A stretch of DNA of 64,000 nucleotides from Squalus acanthias (lineage: Eukaryota): the NCBI GenBank assembly GCA_030390025.1, contig CM059425.1, positions 53,134,001-53,198,000 of the forward strand, written 5' to 3'. Position numbers and translations under genes: made by a program. The notes beneath the pieces are model-generated. The model searched no databases. It saw nothing but the letters and a program-made list of their open reading frames with translations, and was not told the origin of the DNA. Below, one piece after another: positions 25,881-39,422 of the stretch (position 1 is its first letter; each line of letters opens with the position of its first letter).

Positions 25881-26312
25881 GAACAACAAAAACTTGCATT
25901 TATATAGCACCTTTAACGTAGTAAAATGTCCGAAGGCGCTTCACAGGAATGTTATCAAACAAAATTTAACACCGAACCACATGAGATATTAGGACAGAAA
26001 AGCTTGTCAAAGAGGTAGGTTTTAAGGAGCGTCTTAAAGGAGGAGAGAGAGGTTGAGAGGCGGAGAGTTTTAGGGAGGGAATCCCAGAGCTTAGGGCCTA
26101 GACAGCTGAAGACTCAATGATAGAAGTGCAGCGAGTGGGGGATTCTCGAGGCCAGAGTTGGAGGAACGCAGAGCCTGGTGGAGGAGGTTACAGAGATATG
26201 GAGGGATTTGAACATGAGAATGAGAATTTTAAAATTGAGGCATTGGTGGACCGAGAGCCAATGTAGGTCAGCGAGCACGGGTGATGGGTGAACGGGACTT
26301 GGCGCGAGTTAG
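25881..26312 (-). mobile_element. L2 LINE 3' end
   Basis: AACTTGCATTTATATAGCACCTTTAACGTAG tail; homologous to 61560-61982 in the opposite orientation. Confidence 0.8.
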
Positions 26313-26549
26313 AAGGTAAGGAGATGCACAATTTTGAGATCCTGGGAAATAATTAGAACAGGGCACAGTATAATAAGTTTGAATTTGAATGCAGTTTCAT
26401 GTAGGGAGGGGAAAGCATGTAGAATGCTTTACTTGGAGCTTAGAAGGAACAAGAGTGGAAACTTCTGAGCAGCAATGACCACAGTGGCACTGATTAAATA
26501 CTCAAAGACCACAAAGAATGTGACATAGAAGGGTAGTTATGAGATTAGA

Positions 26550-28098
26550 TTTTTTTTTTTATTCATTCATGGGATGTGAGCCAGCATTTATTGCCCATCC
26601 CAAATTGCCCTCGAGAAGATGGTGATGAGCCGCCTTCTTGAACCGCTGCAGTCCGTGTGGTAAAGGTACTCCCACATCTGTTAGGTAGGGAGTTCCACAA
26701 TTTTGACACCGACGATGAAGGGACGGTGATATATTTCCAAGTCAGGATAGTGTGTGACTTGGAAGTGGTAGTGTTCCCATGTGCTTGCTGCCCTTGTCCT
26801 CCTAAGTGGTAGAGGTCGTGGGTTTGGGAGGTGCTGTCGAAGAAGTTGCTGCAGTGCATCTTGTAGATGGTACACACTGCAGACACGGTGCGCCGGTGGT
26901 GGAGGGAGTGAATGTTTAAGGTGGTGGATGAGGGGCCAATCAAGCAGCCTGCTTTGCCCTGGATGATATCAAGCTTCTTGTGTTGTTGGAGCAGCACTTA
27001 TCCAGGCAAGTGGAGTGTATTCCATCACACTCCTGACTTGTGCCTTGTAGATGGTGGAAAGGCTTTGGGGAGTCGGGAGGTGAGTCACTCGCCGCAGAAT
27101 ACCCAGCCTCTGACCTGCTCATGTAGCCACAGTATTTATGTGGCTGGTCCAGTTAAGTTTCTGGTCAATGATGACCCCCAGGATGTTGATGGTGGGGGAT
27201 TGAACGATGGTAATGCCATTCAATGTGTCAAGGGGAGGTGGTTAGACTTTCTCTTGTTGGAAATGGTCATTGCCTGGCACTTGTGTGGCGCAAATGTTAC
27301 TTGCCACTTATCAGCCCAAGCCCGAATGTTGTCCAGGTCTTGCTGCATGCGGGCACAGACTGCTTCATTATCTGAGGAGTTGCAAATGGATCTGAACACT
27401 ATGCAATCATCAGCGAATATCCCCATTTCTGACCTAATGATGGAGGGAAGGTCTGCAGCTGAAGATGGTTGGGCCGAAGACACTGCCCTGAGGAACTCCT
27501 GCAGCGATGTCCTGGGGCTGAGATGATTGGCCTCCAACAATCACAACCATCTTCCTTTGTGCTAGGTATGACTCCAGCCAGTGTAGCATTTTCCTCCCTG
27601 ATTCCCATTGACTTCAATTTTACTAGGGCTCCTTGATGCCACACTCGGTCAAATGCTGCCTTGATGTCAAGGGCAGTCACTCTCACCTCACCTCTGGAAT
27701 TCAGCTCTTTTGTCCATGTTTGGACCAAGGCTGTAACGTGGCCTAGAGCTGAGTGGTCCTGGCGGAACCCAAACTGAGCATCAGTGAGCAAGTTATTGGT
27801 GAGTAAGTGCTGCTTGATAGCACTGTTGACACCTTCCATCACTTTGCTGATGATTGAGAGTAGACTGATGGGGCGGTAATTGGCCCGATTGGATTTGTCC
27901 TGCTTTTTGTGGACAAAACCTATCTGGGCAGTTTTCCATATTGTCGGGTAGATGCCATTGTTGTAGCTGATCTGGAACAACTTAGCTAGAGGCGCGGCTA
28001 GTCTGGAGCACAAGTCTTCAGCACGATAGCCGGGATGCTGTCGGGCCCCATCGCCTTTGCTGTATCCAGTGCGCTCAGCCGTTTCTTGATATCACGTG
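26550..28098 (-). mobile_element. 5'-truncated CR1-group LINE with a frameshifted reverse transcriptase
   Basis: NYRPISLLSIISKVME, QFGFRQ, ALDIKAAFDRVWH and IFADD motifs spread over broken frames; poly(A) tail (poly-T 26550-26560). Confidence 0.9.
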
Positions 28099-29293
28099 AC
28101 AGATGGATTGCATATCAGAGAACAAACCTGTGAGAGAAGGATTGTATTTCAGATGACAAACTTTTTCTTGTGCACTGTGCAGGAGTACAAGAGAGTTGTT
28201 TGAATAGAATCTCCATATATGGAATCAGTATTCAAGTCTTGTAATGTACTAGGACTTCATAGAGAATTTCAAATTTGTTGAGGGTAAAGCAAGTGTTTGG
28301 CACAGAAGAAGAAATTTAGCATGTTGGTGGCAGCTTTAGCAATGGAAGATATATGGGTGTTCCACTTGAGATCAGAGTAGTGAGGCTATGAACTAAGGGT
28401 GCAGCTATCGAAAATATAAGGTGGTAGCTGCGACGGATGTGAAGAAACTGATTTTGAAGAATTGAAAGAAACGAGCTTTTCATTGCCCCATTGAAGAACA
28501 TTGAGGAAGGAAATCAAGATACTCTGTTTCAGTCATTGCACTGAAAGGTGAATGGAGGTTATGAACAATGAAGGCATGTTGATGAAAAGTTAAATGATAC
28601 TCCGTTTATTTGGCTGTCATTTTTATTGTGGTTTTAATTTGGCAACAATTCTAATGGGTAGTTAGCTGACGTGATTTCCACCTTTTACAGAATTAAAACA
28701 AGCACTAAACTTAATAAAATCCTATGTCATATTATAAAATAGGAACTCCTTCAGAAAATTTTTGGATAACAAATTGGAAAATGCCTATTTGCATGATTCT
28801 TTCCCTTTGTTCAAGTGTAATTTTGTTCATTTATTTATAAGGCAATTAACAAAACATTGAAAAATATCAATATGTCATTGACATTTAAACAGTGAGGTGC
28901 CATTATGAAATTTCTGGCAAGTCAAGCACTGCTATTCCCAGCACACTCCTCTAAGGTGAAAGAGTAGACATAGTTTCAAGCAGTTTCAGGAAAGCCAAAT
29001 ACAAGCTTAATTCCTCAGTGACTCGCAAATACAATAAACAAGAGTTAGAATTCTACTGGCATACGTTCAGATTGGAATCTGTAATATCAGTAGAGAATGC
29101 ATTTGAGAATTTAATCAGAAATAAAATTGTTAGAATATTAACTCTCCATGTTCTGAATTTCACAAGCATTTTGAAGAACGTGAACATTTTTTGTCAGCTG
29201 TAAACTGCAGCATATTATTGAAGAGAATGTTCTTCAGAGACAAAGTACAAAAAGCATGCTTAATTCATTGACTAAACCGAAACAAGTATAGCA

Positions 29294-29570
29294 GCAACAA
29301 CTTGTATTTATATAGCCCCTTCAATGTAGAAAAATATCCAAAGGGGTTTTGCATCAGCAGGAGGAAAAACAGACAGCAGTTCAGAGGAGGAGAGATTAAG
29401 AAAGGAAGCGGTAGATTTTAAGGTGGGTTTTAAAGGAGCAGAGGGGTTTGGGAAGGAATTTCAGAAAGTGAGCCGTAAGTTGCTATTGGTGGGATGCAAT
29501 GAAGTGGGGTGGGGTGGGGGCTAGGGGTATGCACAAGAGGCCGGAGTCGGTGGAGTGGAATTAAATTTGA
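29294..29570 (-). mobile_element. Degenerate L2 3' end
   Basis: AACAACTTGTATTTATATAGC tail followed by purine-rich L2-like sequence. Confidence 0.6.
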
Positions 29571-32500
29571 GGCATATGAACCTGATCAATATAGTTTGAA
29601 ATGATGCAAAATACAATACTAGTACTGAAATTGTTAAAATCAAGGCTTTGAGGAATATTCTGGCTCACATCAGTAACCTTTGTTTTTACACTTCAGTATG
29701 TGTACATCACTTAACTCCATTTGAAAGACTGAAGAAAAATGCTTGAAGGGAAGACCACTATACAGAAGATATGTGAGAGATGAGATGAAGATCCTTTCAT
29801 AAACCTTGTTCTATTAAATATCAAGACTAAGATTGACCAATTATATTTTCTAACATTTTTGGCATGTGTTTTATATATGATATAAGTTTTTTTAGATTGA
29901 CATTTAATTTTAAGGAAAGCACAATTATCCAATTTGAATAGATAACTTTTTTTAAAAAAAATTCTTCACATTGATTTTACTTTAGAACATTAATTTTGCC
30001 TGGGCTTTTTATGCTTTATATTCAAGGTCATCTAAGGTTCAGTTGTATTACAAACAGTTATTCAGCAACCATCGTCATCCACTCAATCATATTACTGGGA
30101 TTGGGAAATTATGCCAATTTGGGCACATCTGCTCCCACCCAGCTACCTCACATTTGCAAAAATGGTCACCGAAGAATCTGTTACTTACATTTTGGTGGTT
30201 TTATGCAACCTAAACATCAAATGTTTTAAAATAAAGAATATGTTCCATTTAATGCACATTTACATAAGAGCGTCTCGCTTAAATCAGTGCTCTTAAAATA
30301 TCTTAGCCAAAATGACAGTAGTAAACTATATAGACACTTGTGTACAGACTTTCCAATGGATTTTATGGTAATGATATTGTGTATCACTGTTTTGTGTATG
30401 GCATCCTGTAGAATTGTGTTTTCCATTTAATACAAAATACATTTTTCTACTGTGAAATATTCCTTTAACCTTGACAACATTATAATCATGTTGCTCTGAA
30501 GTTAATGAAAGGAAAGAGTATAGTGGTAATAGAGGTTGTCTAGCTGTGTGTTTTATGCATCTAGATATTTTAACAAAAAACAGGCTATTTTTGAATCAAA
30601 TTTTACTGTGCCACTTATAAGTACAATGTCAATTATAAATTCCAGTCTGATTGACTTTTGCCTTTGCCTAAAACTGAAGTTTTCCATTCTTGAGTTCCCA
30701 GGATGTGTATCCTGCTTTGTCTTAGCTCCACAAGCTTACCACCCCTCCCCAGCTATTTTCTGGGCCACTTAAAAGAGGTACTCCTACTGACTAGGAACTG
30801 AAATATGTGCTGTTTGGAGTCTTGCCAATTTTTCAGTAGCAACACAGAATTGCTTTGTAATATTGTCTGGTTTGAACGTAGGTTCAACTGCGACAGATTT
30901 TACTCCTTACTATGTTTACTTTAAAAACATGGTGATTGATGGATACTGAATCTGTGTTGCTGTGTAAGCAGCATGAATTCAATATGCTGACCACCGGGAC
31001 GTCTGATCTACCGAGTAATATCCACAATCTGCTGACTTGTACATTATGGCCACTACAAATGTGAGGAGTGACGACTGAACCACGATTAATACAAAAAAGA
31101 GAAAATAAGAAACACTTCATCGAGCCCAAGACAGGAGAATGAACAAGAAAGAGCGAGCCCTAATGAATAAAAGTCAAAGCAACCTAAAACTAAAATTAAC
31201 CCTTGGCTTGCTTAAAATACATTGCTTCTGTTTTAGCTTGCAGACATTATCAGTAAGTAATAATACATTTAATAGGTTATTAATAAGTAGTAATAGGCAC
31301 TTTAAAAAAATACAGTAAAGTAAAAGTAAAGAAAAATTAGGAAATGAGCAGTTGAAAGTATTAAAAAAAACACATGTAAAAGATTACATTCTTAAAGGAG
31401 TATAAAAAAAGGCAGCTAAAACACAGAGAGCCACCATCATAACCTTAATTTGCCAGAAAGCTTAAATACCCATATCAAAGAAACCATTGTTTGCTTCACC
31501 GGCAGTGTTTGTCATATCGGGTATCAGACAGAAATTCCTTACTCGTCAATTCTTAAACTTTGTTGCAAGGACAACCATGAGACCGATTCATTTTTCTTTA
31601 ATGGGGAAATACACAAGGAACTAAGCATGTTACAAAGGTTTGTTGGGTATTTCAACTTCAGATGTTTTTGAGGCACTCCCTTGATATACCAGCTAAAAGG
31701 AATGCAGGCTCTTTCATTATTTCAGGCTTGTTTACATCAAAGGCTGGCAGCCATCTTGGCTTGAGGCACTACAAACACAATTAGAGCATCAGAGTTACAC
31801 TAGTTGCTGGTTGCATCATATAGGCTTTAGTGCTTTATCAGCCTGAAATGGGTCTTAATTTCTTCCTTTATCTCTTTCAGCATATATAATTAAAGTCAAA
31901 TCCCTTTACACTGCTGCTTGTCATTCTAGTAGCTCGTACGGATCCTCTGCTTTTTGAATCACGTCATGTGACCACCTGTGAGACAGTTCACTCGATTAAT
32001 CTTTCATGAGAAGCAGGATGCAGTAGGATGTGAAGCCACAAGCTATGACAGGGAAAGAATTAGAATTACTGAAGGCAAGGTCAGATCTGGGGCATTCATT
32101 GTCCACATTCTGGCCCACAGCCATCACACAGAGAAAAATTATTTGCATAACAGCGACTTCACTAGTTGAGGCAGTGTAGAAAAAACTGCTGAATCATCAT
32201 TATCTGACAAATTAGTCAATGGGATGAGTGTGACCTGCGTTCCTTTCATTAGTTTTAGAAAGCTGTGGAATCCTCAGAGAAGGGAAATCGTGTACTTTGA
32301 CTTTCCAAACTAGTTATTTGCTTTCCAAGGAAAAATTAAAACTATTTCATTGCATTGCTGTTTAATTTTTATTTTTTTTAAATTGATTTGTCTCCTTTGG
32401 GTAGACATACTGTACACTCAAATCATTATTTACAAGGAGAGTATTGTTCTTTATTACAGAGTCTGAACTTATTTTGTGGGAAAGCATGAAGTAATTGTAA

Positions 32501-33515
32501 GGAGATATAACCACTTAAAGAAACTAAGCAGAATAGTAGCCCCAGGCAAAGGAGACTCTTTCATGTGAGTCATCTCCTAGGATTGACATTGTAGCCCCTC
32601 CCAGGAAATCAAATGTGACAAAAGCCTGTGTAAGCTCATGCTCAAATTGCACAAAGCTAAGTTAAGGTGGAATTGCGAGATGTGTGTATTAATCTTCTGT
32701 TCTGCGTGGAAGGGTCACCTTGAGTTTCTCTAGCAGGAAATAAATGAGGCCAAAAATATAGCCACATTTTCTTTGTTTTGACCAAAACAAAAGAAAAGCA
32801 GGATGGCCATGAAAATAAAATAGAGACAACATTTGACTCTTCTCGCCTTTCTTCTTTTGAAAAACAATTTTTAAAAAATTCCAAGGTGCATCTTCAGAAA
32901 GTTTTGGATTCCTCATTGTTAATCTGCTGCCAAAACGCTATTTAATGAAACACTATACATTGTCTTAAAGTATTATCCAGAGTAGAATGCTATTAATTCA
33001 TTTTATTTGTACTTAACTAATACCCTTTGCGGGGTCTTTTTTAAAAAAATTCAGCATGTGAACATTTGCATTCATTATCATTCGATAGCAATTCAACACG
33101 TTGGTGAAGTTAAAATAATATTGTATCTTGAGGGGAGAAAACGTAATCACTCTTGAGGTGTCCGCCTTGGCTCAGTAAAGCACTCTTACCTTCTGAGTCA
33201 GAAGGTCATGGTTCTAAGCCCCATTCCAGGACTTGAGCACATATTCTTGGCTGGCATTTCAGTGCAGTACTGCGGGTGTGCTACGCTGTTGGTGGTGCCG
33301 TCTTTTAGATAAGATGTTAAACCGAGGCATTATCTGCTCTCTCAGGTGAATGTAAATTATATTATGCCAGTCATTGAAGAACAGCAGTGAGTTCTCCGGT
33401 TTCCTGGTTAATATTTATCCGTCAACCAACATCACTAAACAGATTGTATGGCCATCAAACTGCTGTTTGTGGGACCTATGTGTGCGAAAAGTTGGCTGCC
33501 GCATTTCCCTATAGG

Positions 33516-33651
33516 CAACGTTCCCTTTAAGCCGCGTGGCTGCGCAGCTCTCTGCCAGTCTCGCACAGCCCGGGACCGGCTTTTCCAATGTTAAGTTTCG
33601 CGCATGCGCAAAACTGTAACTGGGCTGCGTTTCCCCTTTGGGGGAGCATTG
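33516..33651. mobile_element. 136-bp hAT-type MITE
   Basis: TIRs CAACGTTCCC / GGGAGCATTG; exact 8-bp TSD CCTATAGG at 33508-33515 and 33652-33659. Confidence 0.85.
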
Positions 33652-33659
33652 CCTATAGG

Positions 33660-34316
33660 CACAAAAAATATTTAAAAGGATCATGGAATGTTAACCTTTA
33701 TCTCAAGGGGGCTGGAATCCAAAGGGGTGCAAGTTATGCTACTGTTGTATTAAGCACTGGTTCGACCGCATCTGGAGTATTGTGTTCAGTTCTGGGCACC
33801 ACACCTCAGGAAGGATATATTGGCCTTGGAGGACGTGCAGTACAGATTCACCAGAATGATATCGGGGCTAAAAGGATTAAATTATGAGGACAGGTTGCAT
33901 AGACTAGGCTTGTATTCCCTCGAATATAGAAGATTAAGGGGTGATATAATTGAGGTGTTTAAGATGATTATCGGATTTGATAGGGTAGATAGAGAGAAAC
34001 TATTTCCTCTGGTGGGAGAGTCCAGAACAAGGGGGCATAACCTTAAAATTAGAGTTAGGCTGTTCAGGGGTGATGTCAGGAAGCACTTCTTCACACAAAG
34101 GGTAGTGGGAATCTGGAACACTCTCCCTCAAAAAGCTGTTGAGACTTGGTCAATTGCAAATTTCAAAACTGAGATTGATAGATTTATGTTAGGCAAGGGT
34201 ATTAAGGGATATGGAACCAAGGTGGATAAATGGAGTTAAGATACAGATCAGCCATGATCTAATTGAATGGCGGAACAGGCTGGAGGGGCTGAATGACCTA
34301 CTCCTGTTCCTATGTT
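33660..34316 (+). mobile_element. CR1 LINE 3' fragment
   Basis: LGLYSLEYRRLRGDIIEVFK..TRGHNLKI..FFTQRVVGIWN; ends CTCCTGTTCCTATGTT. Confidence 0.92.
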
Positions 34317-34769
34317 ACAACAGTGACTACACTTTAAAAGTACTTTATTGGCCCTTTGGAATGTCCTGAAGGTGAAAGGGCCTATATAAAGTGTTCTTTT
34401 TAATATGTAAAATGTTTAGCAGAAAATAGAATGACACTGCAAACTAGAATGTTTACATTATAACTTGCATACTATTTGTGCAAAAGCAGTTGTAATTATT
34501 TTTTAACAGGAAAATTGTATTTTGCCAAATGCCAATATTGAATGATAATGTTATTAAAATGAAAGTTAAGTAGACTTTGAGCTGGTAAGAGTTGAAGTGC
34601 CTCTCAATATTTTGAAATATTTGCAATTTTGATGTGTAAAATATGTTTTGTGGGCATTGGCCTTCAAAGGAAATTGAATGGTCAACAAAGTGAACCGTTA
34701 AGCCAACAAAAATGGTTATTAATAAGAACTCTTGAAGCTTTTTTATAAAGTCTTTGTTTCCCTGGAGTT

Positions 34770-35140
34770 TTCTCTGAAGCTGCTGATTGATGCCTGGGCA
34801 GGATTCTATAGGCACCGCTCACCTTCCAGTACCTTGCTTAAGTAGCTAATCTTCACATGTGAGCCGAAGTAGAGAATGTCAGCAGATTAGCCAATCATTG
34901 GGGGGATTATAACTGAGCGCTTTCCTCACATTAACCTCCGTCCACATTTATACCCTTTCCAGTAAGGGCCATTACCCAGTGAATAGGAACCCTGAACAAT
35001 TTTTTTCCCTCCATACCCAGATTTGCAGAGAGCAATTTTAGCATCCCTATTGCCACCTGCTAATTCAGCACAGACCAGGAATCCAACCTGGGATCTTCTG
35101 GTTTGTTTGGCTCAGCTACACAATACCATCACCAACTGAG
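34770..35140 (-). mobile_element. AmnSINE2-like SINE
   Basis: Same motif order as 25515-25860 (GGAACCCTG..TTTTTCCCTCC..CAGCACAGACCAGG..GGCTCAG). Confidence 0.55.
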
Positions 35141-35361
35141 GGAATGGTGTTGTGGCAGATCTAAAAATGAGAATGGCATTCATGCCTATATATAGGCTAA
35201 CCTTGCTGAGAGTGCATATTGGTTTGTAGCAGTGTAAGATTTTTCAATTTGTCCTATTTAAAAGTAGGAAATGGAACATACAAAGTTTACTTCGATCATT
35301 TTACCTCTTTTGGTTTTCAGTTAACATCTTAACAATCTTTAACAAGGATACCACCACAACA

Positions 35362-35525
35362 ATAAAGAAGCTAGATAAGTACACGAGGGAGAAAGGAATA
35401 GAAGGATATGTTGATTGGGTGATACAAAGTAAATAGAGTGGAAGGAGGCTCGTGTGGACCATAAACACTGGCATAGACCGACTGGTTGGGCCGAATGGCC
35501 TGTTTCTGTGCTGTAAATTCTATGA
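35362..35525 (+). mobile_element. CR1 3' tail
   Basis: GGGCCGAATGGCCTGTTTCTGTGCTGTAAATTCTATG terminal motif. Confidence 0.75.
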
Positions 35526-38500
35526 AAGCGTCTTTAATATACTATTAATTATTCTATAAATGATTTTATACGGTTAAAGTATGCTGGGAGGAAACGTTTG
35601 GTATAATGAAAGACGCTTACCAAAACTCGCAGTAAACATTACCTGTGATTTATATCAAATGAGTGGGATTGGTAGAGTGTGAAGGAGTGATGCCTGTTTG
35701 ACAGTCTTAGCCAGGTAACAGATTGCAAAGCATTCTATTAACAAACTCTATAATTTTTAGGAAATTGGCTACAGAGAGATCCATTGCTTAAGTGCATCTC
35801 CTTGTGGTGTGACTAATGAATGTTATTTGCAGCATCCATGGAGATGTTAGCTGGCTGGGGTAGTCTGTATGGATCGAGGGGGCAGAAGGAAGATATCATT
35901 TAAAAGACAAAGGAAAATCTGTATAAAAGTGTCAAAATACTTATTGTAAAAGGAGATTGAAACTGAATTGGAGATTGAGCTTCAAACTGAGAGATACTTT
36001 CTTGGCTTTTGTTGCTTTTTGTATAACAAGATTATCACTATAGTTATATACAACCATGGTAATATATTGCATACCATACTTTGTTTTACAGGCTTCTCCA
36101 TACCTTTTTTGTTTTGTTTGTTTCTTAAGAATAATTACGCCAACTCTCTGTCATGCACTGCCAGGTGTTTGAAAGCCTTCAGGCTATGATCTTTCACTGC
36201 TTTGAAGTTTAGATCCAGCAACAGAATTCTCAATATTCCATTGTTCCCTGTTGCAGTTACCAATAAACCAACATTGAGTTGCATACACTTGAAAGTAATT
36301 TTGTTTTTGCCACAGTAACTCATAACATTACCGACAATATAGCAACAATATAAATAGTTGCTGCATTTAACTGTAGACACGTTAACAGATATTGTTTAAA
36401 AAAAAACAAGTGTTTTGTTCTTTCAAGAGACATACAGATGAAACAGATTGATTGTGAATTTTTTTGTCCAAAACATGATTTATTTTGGAGATCGTTTTAT
36501 GTAGCAGAAATTGAGAATGAAAAGTGTGAAATTTGTATAGTTATGGAGCTCCTCACACCAATTCCTGCCAATCGTGAAGCTGAAAGCAGAGTACAGGTCA
36601 GCAGTATGTGTGTGCATAGAAAAATTTACTTCTGTTCCCTAATCTTCACTATTGGAAAAAACAGTATTTTAAAAACAATTATCCACAGCTTTAAAAAATC
36701 GATGATGAGATACATTTCATTTTACAACAAGTAAGTATTTCACCACTTCTGAGAAACGCTTCTGAAACACTAATAAATAACCAGATCTGTTATTTTTGGG
36801 GTAAGTAAACCCAAGTTTGTTTTCCTTTGTTTGGCACAGACCACATAAGTCTATTATTTGCAACGCGGCACTGTTTTTCTTTGTTGAGAACCTGGTAACC
36901 CAACAGTGAATTATTAATGAGTGTTAAGCAATTCACTTTATTTTTTGTTTGACTGTTAATTTGATGGATGTCACAATTCCAGATTTTTAAAAAAAATTCC
37001 CACTTTCTTTAGTAAAAGCTCCATGAGGAATTATGTCCACTATGTGACTGTTCAAAACACATGACCAGAAAAGAATGTTCTGGATGAACGTATCACAGGA
37101 ATTTTAAATGTGTTTGACAGCTAACTAAATTACAATTCAGCCTTTCCACATGTTAAAATCTTGCTCAGTTGTGTCTATTCAAGCTGAGGGTATTATACAT
37201 GCTCGAGTGGTCATTTATTGAATGGAGGGGGAGGGTGTTTGCTGGAAGAGGATTGAATGTCAGTGTGATGAGAGAGTATAAATGAAGGGGGCTGAAATAT
37301 CGGTGCTCTGATGTTCTTGTGGCTGGTCATCAGCCTGAAGAATCTCAGCTGTTCCCACTTGTGTAAATCACGGGTATGGTTGCCTAGATACAGATGCATT
37401 TGATTAGCTCGTTCTTCCCTTGAGATTCTGCACCACCCTATTAATGGAAGACAGGAGCATTATAAAGTGAGAAAAATGGCCTCCCATAAATGTATTTTTG
37501 TCTGCACTGAAGCTGCAGCAAGGATGAAAAACACTGATGTGCACCCCCAGGCTGTCTTTATTATTCCAGTACTGACATTGAGCGTAAACAGAGGATGACT
37601 CATCAGTCAGACAACAAATGTCACTGTCAGGGGTTATCTTTAACTGAGAATTCTAAACACCCACTTGTCATCTGCTGCACGTACAGGTTTATGAATTCAT
37701 TATCCTTTACCCTTGCATGAGGTGAACTGAGCCCAAGAGTAAGATTGTAAAAAAAATGCAAATTTAATGTGGAGTAATTACTGGCTGGTTTGAGGAGGAG
37801 GAGGGAGAATCTTTTTAGGTAAATCATCATCATCTGTACAAGGAGAGCACAATTTGCTTTGTAATGCAAAAATGTACGAGAGTGGTATGCACAACTGGCA
37901 TGTTGCTGTGACTGTATTGAACATTGATCATATAAATTACTGTAGCAGCTATCATAATTCACACACTTTCTTCAGATAAAATGATTTTCAGTAAACTTCT
38001 GATTCCATATGCCTTTATTAAAAAGAAAATGAAAGAATTGTGGAACTAAGGTTGTGAGGGTTCAAACCTCTGGGAGGAAAGATAGCTTTTTACAAAAAGG
38101 GGAAAAACTGATAAAGCCGTCTAAAAGCTTCCTGTTGTTAAAGATATAATTATGGGAATAAGCTCAAATTGTTGGTGATTATGTTAACCATTCCAATATA
38201 AGATATACAAAGGGAATAAATTTTATAAGATGCAAATAACAATAATATGTAGCTACTTAATTGGATCCCAATCTGGAAAAAAATGCATGGCTTTGAATTA
38301 TAGGGCTTTTAAAAAAAAAAAACTATTATCCTGCAATTTTATTTTCCAAGCTCTTTCCTCCATATTTATGTTCCTCTACAGTCTGATTGAAGGAGGGAAC
38401 AGCTCACCTGTTCCCAGGCCTCTGTCTCTCTTGAAATGGTGCTGGGAGGTGCACAAGAGGTGGCTCACTCTCACTTGACAGTTTCCCCAAGCAGTTAGTT

Positions 38501-38776
38501 GGATGTTGTGAAGAGTCATGTCCAAAACTGTACCATACAATAACATAATGGCCCTGAAAATCCGCAGGGGGCTACTTCCCAACATAAATGTCAGGATGTT
38601 CCCACCCATGATTACCATCACTGACCCTATCGAAATTCACATTCTGTTATTTATTTTTCTCTGTGACAGGAAAAGAGAAATTGGGGTATAAATCCATCTT
38701 GGGCGGCGGTAGCATAAAACTGGCGATAGTAATCGGCAGTCCGTTTTACTTGATTTTCTTTTCCATTGCAGTCAGA

Positions 38777-39169
38777 AACCAGATACTCAAATATCCAGCC
38801 CACATTCTAGATCATCCATCTTTAATTCTCATATGGTCAGAGCTTTGTAACTTTTAAAATTTCTATCTTACTCACTTCCTAATTCCATGTGTCCTGAAAA
38901 TTTATGCTATAGCACCAGTTGTCCATTTACTCACAATCTTTCAGCAGGCATTACTTATCATATGAGACTGTAAAAAAGTTTTTTCAGATTTTACCCTAAG
39001 GTTATAAATTTGCTTATCTCATACCTGCCACATACTGGAGTTGTTTTATGCTGAAACCCTTTCTCCGTGGTTTATTTCTACCCATGTTCTTAAGCTTCAG
39101 ACCTGCCTGTTGATTCTGGTCCCTCACAGTGTCAGCCCCTGATGATGTCAATTACTGTTCAAGGAAAAA
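38777..39169. repeat. ~390-bp unit duplicated at 44782-45018 plus 47054-47226
   Basis: Shared blocks AATATCCAGCCCACATTCTAGATCA, TCTTTCAGCAG.CATT.CTTATCATATGAG, TTTATTTCTACCCA and AGCCCCTGATGATGTCA in the same order. Confidence 0.85.
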
Positions 39170-39239
39170 TGCCCTTTCCATGCCTCCACTGCTGGCAGTG
39201 AACCAAGCCCAACATTTCGCCATATCCCAAGTTCCTCTT

Positions 39240-39422
39240 CCACAATGCTGCCAAACCTCATCAACCCCACACCAGTGCTGTCAAATACCAAGATCATTCC
39301 TCCAGTGCTACCAAAGCTGAGGACTACTCCCTCCCCCAGTACTGTTAAACATCATGAACTCATCTCCGCCTCCCCCCCCCCCCCCCCCCCCCCCCCCCCC
39401 ACAGTACTGCTAAACACCAGGT
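39240..39422. repeat. Degenerate minisatellite (five copies of a CAGTRCTGYYAAA-like core) including a poly-C run
   Basis: Cores near 39243, 39273, 39303, 39337 and 39402; C-run 39372-39400. Confidence 0.6.

Larger units (their letters stand above)
33160..34398 (+). mobile_element. SacSINE1-type Deu-domain SINE, split by insertions (SINE parts ~33160-33511 and 34317-34398)
   Basis: tRNA-like head GGCTCAG..AGCACTCT..CTGAGTCAGAAGGTCATGGTTC; collinear with the uninterrupted copy at 54600-55062. Confidence 0.8.

Noticed and set aside
28100-28620. Older LINE relic flanking the 26.5-kb LINE (similar patch at ~7900-8200)
   Set aside because: Too degenerate to support a call without a profile search.
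33160-33235. tRNA genes at SINE heads (also 54600 and ~40400)
   Set aside because: Degenerate A/B boxes continue into SINE bodies; no intact cloverleaf.
39240-39422. CRISPR-like repeat-spacer array
   Set aside because: Eukaryotic context, degenerate short repeats, short irregular spacers and no cas genes.
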